From Candidatus Pacearchaeota archaeon (GTDB lineage Archaea; Nanobdellota; Nanobdellia; Pacearchaeales; UBA284), in assembly GCA_038894195.1 (NCBI GenBank), contig JAWAPZ010000002.1, positions 20,401 to 84,400 on the forward strand: DNA of 64,000 nt, written 5' to 3'. The notes below the pieces were generated by a model. It saw only the letters and a list, made by a program, of their open reading frames with translations, was not told the DNA's origin and made no database searches. The translations under genes and the position numbers were made by a program. Shown in pieces: positions 7,419 to 16,300 of this stretch (position 1 is its first letter; every line of letters starts with the position of its first letter).

Positions 7419-7805
7419 ATGATCAACATATATGAAATACCGCATGAAAAAATTCAAGGAATTAAAAGAATTATAGAAGCAAAAGAAGAAGTAAGTGAAG
7501 AACTCGACTTCGAGATTGAAACAAAAGACGAGAAAGGAGGCAAAAAAGAAAAAGCAAAAAAATGGAAAATAAACGAATTTGCAAGACAAAGTTATACACT
7601 CAAAGACGCGAAGTCGTTAGGAATAGATAAAAAGTGCTCTTACCTTTACATAAATGCTTCTGAAGAATTCTTTAAAAAAAATGAAAAAATACTTCTTAAT
7701 GCGGGAGCAAAAAAACTTTCAGGAAATGAATTTGAAAAAGTAAAAAAAACAATAGAGGAACAAGAATCAGCCACATCGAGTGGCGTTGGGTTTATTTTTG
7801 GTTAA
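7419..7805 (+). CDS. hypothetical K/E-rich protein ending in a ribosomal-stalk-like tail (..EEQESATSSGVGFIFG*)
   Basis: The first ATG is at 7419 (MINIYEI...). The track start at 7401 is a TTG that overlaps the upstream gene. No family was recognised. Confidence 0.55.
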   Translation: MINIYEIPHEKIQGIKRIIEAKEEVSEELDFEIETKDEKGGKKEKAKKWKINEFARQSYTLKDAKSLGIDKKCSYLYINASEEFFKKNEKILLNAGAKKLSGNEFEKVKKTIEEQESATSSGVGFIFG

Positions 7806-7925
7806 GATTATTTTTAATTCTCAAAAGTTACAAAAAGTTTCCCCTCCAATGATGTCTATTATTTTCAAAATGAAAACATAAAGAATAAAAACCTTCCTTT
7901 CTTTGGTTTTTAGAAACCCGTGGGT

Positions 7926-8039
7926 GGGCCTGTGGTCTAGTGGCTATGACGTTCGCTTGACGTGCGAAAGATCCTCGGTTCAATATAAAAGCAAGTTGGT
8001 CAACTTAAGAACTTGCCAATGAAAATCCGAGCAGGCCCA
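7926..8039 (+). tRNA. tRNA-Val(GAC) with a 41-nt intron in the T-loop (59/60)
   Basis: Acceptor GGGCCTG/CAGGCCC, anticodon stem TTCGC/GCGAA, loop TTGACGT, T stem CTCGG/CCGAG interrupted after TTCAAT. The mature T-loop is TTCAATT. Confidence 0.8.
7985..8025 (+). other. tRNA-Val T-loop intron (BHB)
   Basis: The outer helix is the T stem itself. The central helix is TTCA (54-57)/TGAA (8020-8023). The bulges are AT|A and AA|T. An internal hairpin GCAAGTT/AACTTGC is present. Confidence 0.7.
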
Positions 8040-8065
8040 CTTTTTTGAGATTCGTATGTTACTAT

Positions 8066-8419
8066 TCATTCAACATACCAACTAGAAATTCTCCATCCCC
8101 CTTCTTTCACTAAAGAATAGTTTTTTCTAAACTCTCTTCCTTCCTTATCACATTCTAAGGTAATGATCGTCATCCTACCATCATACTTTTTCTTTACTAT
8201 TATCTTTTTCAAATAGATCTGCTCAAGAGACATAAAAGAAGCTTGGCTAAAAACATTAGAGTACTGTTCCCTTCTCGACTCCGAAAGTGTTGAAAGAAAA
8301 AGCTGAAAATTCTTTTCTTTTATAGCTTTGTGTTGGGTCTTGATTAAATTCACGCCTTCGTCTGCACATCCTGACAAAAGAACCAAACCAAACAATAAGC
8401 CCACCAAACTTCTCTTCAT
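8066..8419 (-). CDS. lipoprotein-like hypothetical protein
   Basis: MKRSLVGLLFGLVLLSGCADEG carries a classical lipobox, L-S-G-C. Confidence 0.6.
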   Translation of the reverse strand: MKRSLVGLLFGLVLLSGCADEGVNLIKTQHKAIKEKNFQLFLSTLSESRREQYSNVFSQASFMSLEQIYLKKIIVKKKYDGRMTIITLECDKEGREFRKNYSLVKEGGWRISSWYVE

Positions 8420-8470
8420 AACTTCTTATATATTTGAGATTTTAAAAACATTGCTGTCTTAATTTTTCAT

Positions 8471-8484
8471 AAAGTTTATATAGG
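8471..8484 (+). promoter_or_regulatory. BRE/TATA-like promoter (aaagtttatatagg) for the 8519 operon
   Basis: The TATA centre is about 41 nt upstream of the ATG. The predicted ~15-nt leader carries GAGG 5 nt before the ATG. The identical 14-mer recurs at 50639-50652. Confidence 0.5.
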
Positions 8485-8518
8485 AAACTTTTCTTAATTA
8501 ACTAATAAAAGAGGAAAA

Positions 8519-10369
8519 ATGCCTAGCCTGGAAACTATAGAAAATAAAAAGGCACAGGTAACTTTTTTTATAATCCTTGCGATAGTAGTAGTTGCTGCAG
8601 CTTTGCTTTTGACCTTTTTTGTGTTTAAAGCACCAATGAAAATTCCGCCAGCAGCTCAAGAAGCTGAATCATACTTTGTTGAATGTGTAAAGCTAAAAGC
8701 AGAGGAAATGCTAACAACAGCCGGCATGCAGGGCGGTTGGCTTTACTTGCCTCCCTTTGAAGCTGGTTCGGATTTTATGCCTTTCTCTAACTATTTCAAT
8801 TTTTTGGGCTTACAAATTCCTTATTGGTTCTATATTTCAGGCAACAATATACAAAAACAGCAAGTGCCAACAAAAAAACAAATAGAGGATCAACTTAATT
8901 TGGCACTTGAAGAAAAAATACAAGAATGTAAAGATCGAATGCCCGGTGAAGTTACATTCTCAGGAACACCAAAAGTTAAAACAGAATTAAAGAGGTCGAC
9001 CATGGCTCTTGAAATTTCCTGGCCAATGCAAATTGAAAAGCAAGATACAAAGGTCACGATAGAAAAACACAACACAGAAATAAAGACTAGTTTTTATAGT
9101 TTATTCGAAGATGCAAAGGCAATATTCGAAAAAGAAAACTCTACATTTTTCCTTGAGAACTATAGCATAGATGTTTTAAATCTTTACGCGCCAACAACCC
9201 GAGTAGAAATAAGCTGCGCTCCAAAGATGTGGTCAAAACAACAAGTAACAAGTGAAATTAAAGAAGCTCTAGCCTCAAACATTCCAATGATAAAATTTAA
9301 AGGAAATTATTATAAAATCGCTAGAAAAGAAAACGAATATTTTGTAGTGGATCTGCCAGTAAATAACCAAATCAATATATTTTACTCAAAAAATTGGCCT
9401 ACAAAAATAGACATTTGGCCTACTGAAAATGATATGCTCAAAGCATATCCCATTGGCAAACAATCTGGCCTGGATATTCTTGGTTTTTGTTTTTTGACAT
9501 ACCATTTTGTGTACGACCTTGATTTTCCTGTGCTAATACAAGTATCTCAAGGAAACGAACTCTTTCAATTTCCAGTACTCGTTGTTATAGATAAAAATGT
9601 TGCAAGAAAAGCTGAAACAGAGGAATCTACCCTTCCATCACTTGAAATTTGTAACACAAAGGTGCAAACTGCTACGGTATTCACTTTCAACCAGGATTCT
9701 ATGCCTATTGAAGCTGACATCTACTTTACCTGTCTTGATCAACAGTGTTACATAGGAAAAACAAGCTTGCAAGAAGGCAAGGCAAGATTAACAGAAAAAT
9801 TTCCTGAATGTGTAAATGCATTATTGACAGCAAAATCAGCAGGATATGAAGATACCTCTGTTGTAATATCAAGTAACGAACCATTCATCGAGAATATTTT
9901 TCTTGATAAAGTATACACTTTAGGTCTTGAACTCGAGTTGCAGGCTAATGAAAAAGCAATAATCACTTTTGAGTCTGAAAACAAAAAATTCTCAGTATTT
10001 TATCCTGAACAAAAAGAAATAAATTTAAGTGAAGGAACATACAACATAACAGCACACCTATTCAAAGAAGCAACTCTAAACTTAGAATCCCAATCAGGAG
10101 AAAAATGTATAACCCTACCATCTGGAGGACTTGGATTGCCTTTTGTACCAAAAGAAGAGTGTTTCGAACTTGAAATTCCAGGACAATCCTTAACAGAAGT
10201 TATATTCGGCGGTGGCTATTCAATAAAAAATTTCAACAAGCAAGAACTGAAATCCTCAAATAAAATTAAAATAGTCCCCCAGAGATTTCCAGTTCCTACA
10301 ACCATAGAGAAACTTGCCGAAATTTACGATCTCATAGAAATTTCAGAACTACAAATAAATTTAAGGTAG
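8519..10369 (+). CDS. 616-aa extracellular protein with an archaeal class III (pilin-type) signal peptide
   Basis: The N-terminus is MPSLETIENKKAQVTFFIILAIVVVAAALLLTFFVF. K-A-Q-V fits the [KRDE][GA][ALIFQMVED][ILMVTAS] prepilin-peptidase site followed by a hydrophobic helix. The rest is unrecognised. Confidence 0.65.
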   Translation: MPSLETIENKKAQVTFFIILAIVVVAAALLLTFFVFKAPMKIPPAAQEAESYFVECVKLKAEEMLTTAGMQGGWLYLPPFEAGSDFMPFSNYFNFLGLQIPYWFYISGNNIQKQQVPTKKQIEDQLNLALEEKIQECKDRMPGEVTFSGTPKVKTELKRSTMALEISWPMQIEKQDTKVTIEKHNTEIKTSFYSLFEDAKAIFEKENSTFFLENYSIDVLNLYAPTTRVEISCAPKMWSKQQVTSEIKEALASNIPMIKFKGNYYKIARKENEYFVVDLPVNNQINIFYSKNWPTKIDIWPTENDMLKAYPIGKQSGLDILGFCFLTYHFVYDLDFPVLIQVSQGNELFQFPVLVVIDKNVARKAETEESTLPSLEICNTKVQTATVFTFNQDSMPIEADIYFTCLDQQCYIGKTSLQEGKARLTEKFPECVNALLTAKSAGYEDTSVVISSNEPFIENIFLDKVYTLGLELELQANEKAIITFESENKKFSVFYPEQKEINLSEGTYNITAHLFKEATLNLESQSGEKCITLPSGGLGLPFVPKEECFELEIPGQSLTEVIFGGGYSIKNFNKQELKSSNKIKIVPQRFPVPTTIEKLAEIYDLIEISELQINLR

Positions 10370-10373
10370 GAAA

Positions 10374-13300
10374 ATGAGAGATAAAAAATCGCTAATAATG
10401 GTTTTTGTTTTTTTAATAGTTCTAAGTGCAGGTGTTTTAGCACAAGAAACAAGTCAAACACAAACAACAGAGACACAACAAACTAAACTCCCTTCTTATT
10501 TCTTAGCAAGTTACGGGGAGGATCCAACAACAGTGAATCCCTGGATGCAAGAGTACTGTAACAAAAGTGGTATGGATTTTATAGTTATGACAATGCCAGA
10601 TGCCTGTGAACCAGCTCTTGTAAGGAGCGATATTCTTGAAGATGAAAATGTTCCTGTTTTTTGTAGATTGACTGCAGTGAAAATAAATCCACTTATACAA
10701 GTTCCTTACATAAAAAGAATTGATGTTATAACAGAAAACAAATCTCCAGAGATTCTTGATGTTGCTTTTTTTCCTGCTAGAGCTGCCTTATCTTACTATG
10801 ATTACAGAGCAGGTTTACAAACAGAAGAACTCAAGGGTTTTCCTTCAATGAACAACCTTGGCTATTTAATGATACGTTTAAAAAAACAACCTGTCGAGGG
10901 AAAAATGCCAGAAAGTGTTGCTGTAAACCTGACAACAAAAATAACATATGATGTATCAAAAACATTTGGAATAAACGAACATCAATTCGTTTTAAAAAAA
11001 ATGACTGATGCAGAATGGCAAGAGAACTACAAAAAATATAGTTTCTGGAATGGCAAAGGTTACTTAAGACTAATAGAGCTTGAAGGACCTAACAAAGCTA
11101 AAATAGCCCTGTATACATCTGCTACTGGTAGACCCTTCTGGCAAGGAACACTGAGTGTAGGAGAAAAAAGTCAGCCCATTAAACTTCCGTATTTTTATTG
11201 TGAGGTAGGGCCACAAATTCAGCTAGACAAGATATCAAAACCAGAAACACGAGCAAGACTTCTTGTGAATGGGAATGAACTTTTACTTTCAGAGGATTCT
11301 AAGATACTAGATTCTGGGTGCTCTCTTGAAAAAATAGACCCTTCAAATTATTCTTATGCTGGTCGTGTAACCATAAGGTGCATGGGTCAACCACAGGTTC
11401 TGACTGTCGATGAAGTTCAAGCAGAACTTTCTGTTAAAGACCAAATTCAAAAGTATTCGATTGGTTCAGAAATTCTTCTAGACGGAAAATACTGGTACAT
11501 AGGGTTTATTGACAGAAAATACGATGAGTCAGAAACAGAAACTGCAAAAGTAACAAATTTTGTTGTTATGTACGGGGGAAAAGATCAACAAGTACCGAGA
11601 CAAACAAAAGAAAAAATTTCAGGAATAATCCAGGACATTGAAATGAAAAAAAGAGAGGAAGGTTATAGTATAGCGACAATGAGTGGAAGTTCACTTAAAA
11701 ATGAAATAATCAGCAAGAACAAAAAAGTTGAAAATTCTATAGGGGACGTAGAAATAATAAAAGGAGACACAAAGCCAATACCAGGAATTACTCTAGTTCG
11801 CGTTCTTGGATTGATAGATGCTAAATACCATCAGGAAGTAGAAACTGCATATAAGGAGGCAATTAAAGAGTACAAAAATGTTGCTTATGCCTATGGCCTT
11901 TATGAGCACCCTGAAGGAAGTTACTATGGTATTGTCTCGTATAAAAAAGCTGCTGAATTGGCTTCATTCTTTGATAAAAAAGAGGAAGAAAGAAAGTTGC
12001 TTCTACAGTTGATAGACAAATACGGTGATTCTGACAATGAAAAAATTACACGTGAAATTGAAGCTATAAGATCACAACTTGCAAGATTATCTGCAGGCGG
12101 GGGAAAGTCAAGCACAGTTCTTGTAACACAACAAGGAAATTATTTGGTACAGTTAATCTCTGTTGAAAGGCCCGGCTACGAAACACTTGTAGCTCACCTT
12201 GAAGTCAACGGAACGCCAGAAGATGTCGTTTTAGATGATACTCTAGATAGTTGGTATGTAAATAGCATAGACGAAACGAGCGTAAAGTTTAGACACATGG
12301 CAACCGGAGCAGAAAGAACAATAAGTTCTGGAAGCATGGAATACTTAAATGAAACTAAAGTCAAAGTTTTAAGAACCGAAGTCAATTTTGAAGCAACTGC
12401 CACTATACTTCCATTTGAGTCAAACAGAGAAACAGAAGCAAACTTTTCTGTATCAATAGGGATAGAAAAAAGAGCGATACAACTAAGTCCAAGTAAAATA
12501 AAAAGTTTAATAGAAAGTCTTAATAAAACAATAGAAACGATGAACAAAATAAAAGATGCCCTTGGAAAAACCACAAGTACCTGGAAAAAAGCTTGCTACA
12601 TTGGTGGCACAGCACTCTGGCTTAGAAACTTTGTAATAGGTTTGGGAGGAAAAACATACGCAAGAAGAAAAGTTATGGAAAAATGGAAACTTTTCTGTGG
12701 CTCAGAATCTTACAGGAAAACTCTTGGCACTGAAATAAGTGTTGCCAGATGTTACCAGATGAAAGAACAAGAAATCAATAAAGATATAGAGATCTATAAT
12801 GACGCACTTACAAAAACAAATACATATATAAATGCGATAAAAAAGCGAGAGGGAGTCACAAGCAAGGGCTTGTTTGGATTAACACAATACATAGATGAAG
12901 ATGAATTTATGAAAGCTGTGAACATTCCTCAAGACCTTAGAGGCATGATTGTTTCAGATCTGAAAGGAGAGAAAAATATTTCTGTCGATGAAATATTTTC
13001 AAAAATAAACATACTTTATGAAGATGGAAAAATCTACAGAGGACAACTAAACTCAATAGTGCTTGATTTTTATGTTCTAAAGAAATGTGAATCAGAAACA
13101 GAAGAAATATTTCTGAAATCTGCTCTGTGCAATGAAACAAAAATAAAAACTTTTGTTAACTTAGAACCTTTGTATGAAGCAGCAAGAGGCCCAACAAGAC
13201 AAGAGTTAAGTAAAAGCCCATTATTGCAAGGAATACAGGGTTTTGATTCACCTTACGCTTCTAAAACTCTAGGAACTATATCACAAGAAAGCATGCCGGT

Positions 13301-16300
13301 TTATGGACCTCATGAAATCAAAAAAGCAGATGGAACTCCATGTGACCGTGGTTATTACACTATTGCAAAAACAAGCAAAGGCACAACTCTTCTTATGCTA
13401 GAAGATACTGGCAATCAGTACTATAAAATCGTCAGAGCCTACACATTCGAAAAAAATGGAAATTGGTCAGTCAATTGTGTTGATGTACTAGCAGATCTTA
13501 ATCTAAGTAATTATTTCATTGTTCCAGTAGACCCAAGATCCTGTGGCAATAACAATATAAAAGATCCTGAAATAAAATTTTGGGAATCCGGTCAATACCA
13601 AGGAATGCCTGCACTGATGCCAGTGATTCCACAATCTGGTTGGTATTTTGCAACAGAAAGTTACACTGGTTTTGAGAATGAGCTGGTGGCATATAGAGGG
13701 ACAGGTGATCCTAACAGTTTTTGGATATGTAATGTAGGTCCGGACGGTAAAGTAGACTTTAACTTTCTAGAAGGCCCACAAGGAGATGATGCTGGATGTT
13801 GCAGAAAATTTTCAGCAACAGGCGCTTTAGAATCCTTGCCATCAATGGACGCAAAAGGTACAAAAGATATGATTGAAAGAACAAAGGAATGCCTAAGAAA
13901 AGCAAAAACCGAATACGATCAAGGTAAAAAGAAAATAAACACCGGCAAGTGTGGTACTTACAGACTCGGAAAATCACCAGCAGCAGTCCCGACTCTTGAG
14001 TGTGAAGATTTTATGAGCCCAAGTGAATGCAAAATTCTTTATAATTTATGCGATCCAGTTATATGTCCTGCTTCAAGGTGTAATTTTGGTGGTCGATATA
14101 ACACAGAGAATGTAATAAGGGAAGGGATAATAGGATCGATATTTTTATGTCTGCCAAATTACAAAGAAGGAATACTAGTTCCAGTGTGTATAAGTGGTTT
14201 ATATCAAGGAGTTGATGATTTCACAAAGTTTATTCTTGAAAACTACAGAAACTGTTTGCAAGAGCAACTAGCCACAGGAAAGACAATTGGTATATGTGAC
14301 GAAGCTCACAGCATCTATGTTTGTGACTTCTTATGGGGTCACTTGGCACCATTACTAAAATATGGAATACCACAAATAACCTCACCTTTACGAGGTGGCG
14401 GCGAGTACGCATCATTCTCAGAATCCTGGAAAAATATGATCGAATCCTTAGATTATTTTACCCAGGTGTATGCTCCAAAAACAATACAAGCATTTAAAGA
14501 AAGAGCAACAAACCAGGCTGGCAAAGAAGTGTGTAAAAAATTCATCTCAGTTGTCTACCCTTCCCCAGGCAAGTTCCTTGATGAGTTAAGTAAACCAAAT
14601 CTGTTTGCAAATGCGTGGGCCACAAAACAAGAAGTTAGGATACAAGGACCTACACCAGAATCGCACTATAAAGTGCATTATACAATAAAAGCAGGAGATC
14701 AGCCACTCATTTACTCTGTTTTCTTAAGAAATCCTCCAACAGGTGGTTTCTATGAAGTACCTCAACAGTATTTCATACCAAATGCAACTGGATTCCTGCA
14801 GGCAGGCCAAGTAGTAGATGCAACACCAGATTTCTTTGCTTCATCTGGTTACCAAGAACTATGCATAAGATTGAATGCAGAAGAAAAATGTGATTTCAGT
14901 ACAGTTTCCTGGAATTTTGCTCTGGAGGAACTTGAAAATCTTTATCTAAAAAACCAACTTAAACAAGAAGTTACAACAGCAAAGGAATGCGAACAAGGAA
15001 CTCCAAGCATTGTTCCAGTAGCAAGTCTGAACTTGCAGAACGTTCTTGAAGAGGGAATCTCTCCAACTTTATACAAACATGGTGTATCAAGAATTTGTCA
15101 AAGCACTAATCCTGGTGAAGCAATCGGTGAAAAAGAAAGATTCCAAAGAATAGGTTACTGTGGCAATCCTGAAATCGGCTGCTGGCTTGATTTGAATTCT
15201 TTAAATCGAACAATATCTGACTTAAAAATAAGACAGGATATAATTGATTACAGTAAAGAAAAAGACATGACGTATGCAATAAACAAACTAGGTCTTGATA
15301 CTCTAGAGATAACAAAAGAAAAAATCCGACCAATTGAAGAAGAAATAATAAAATTAAGAGAAAAAGTTACCGAGTTCGATGGAAGACTCAACGCTCTAGA
15401 AAGCAGACAAGAAAAGGAACAAGAAAGTGAAATTGAAAAAATTGAAAATGAAATAGAACCCTACGTTGAAAAAATTTCTCAACTTCAAATAAATACAACA
15501 AGCATAATAAACAAAGCTTATGATTCTAATATGAAAGCAAGAGCAGAGTATAGACTGGCTGAATTAACAGATCTAAAAGCAAGGTTAATTGGTTTAATTC
15601 CAGTATGGGAATGGCGTCAGACAAAAGAAAAAACAACTTGTGAGAATCAAGGGGGAGAGTGGTTTGATAATAATTGCCCAGAAGGAAAAGTTGCTGTTGA
15701 AGGCTATGACACTTTTTCAGATTTTAAACAAGGAAAAATATGTTGCAAAGATAAATCTGCTGAAGAAAAACAATTCAGCCAATGGTTTACTGATTCTTAT
15801 AAAATAGCAAGTTATTACGAAAACACAAAAGAAGTATTTGTTGATGGAACAAAAGCCTACGCTTTAGGAAATGGACAAGTTGTAGAAATAAAAACCTCTA
15901 CACTACCTTCCACGATAACTTACATTACGCAATACTCAGATAATATATTTGTAGAATATAAAATGAGCGGATTATCAAGCTCAGGACGAATCAAAAAAAT
16001 TGGTAGAGTTAACACCGGGGACGTAATGGCAGAAATCCATATCTATTATCCCGAAAGTCTCCTGGTTTCAATCTACATCTCAGATGATGCTAATTTAGAA
16101 GCAAGAGAAAGACGCAATCCTCTTTGTTTTTTCACTTCGGATATTATTAAAAAAGTCGAAGAAGCAAATAGCGACCTCATCGAACAAGGAGAGCTAAGAA
16201 TTCCTTCAGAAGAAGAGTGTTCTGAAATTCTTAGTGGTGTTTCAGAACTCTATGAAGGAAATCCGGTTCTTTTCCTTGAATGGCCTCTGGATGATGGTAA

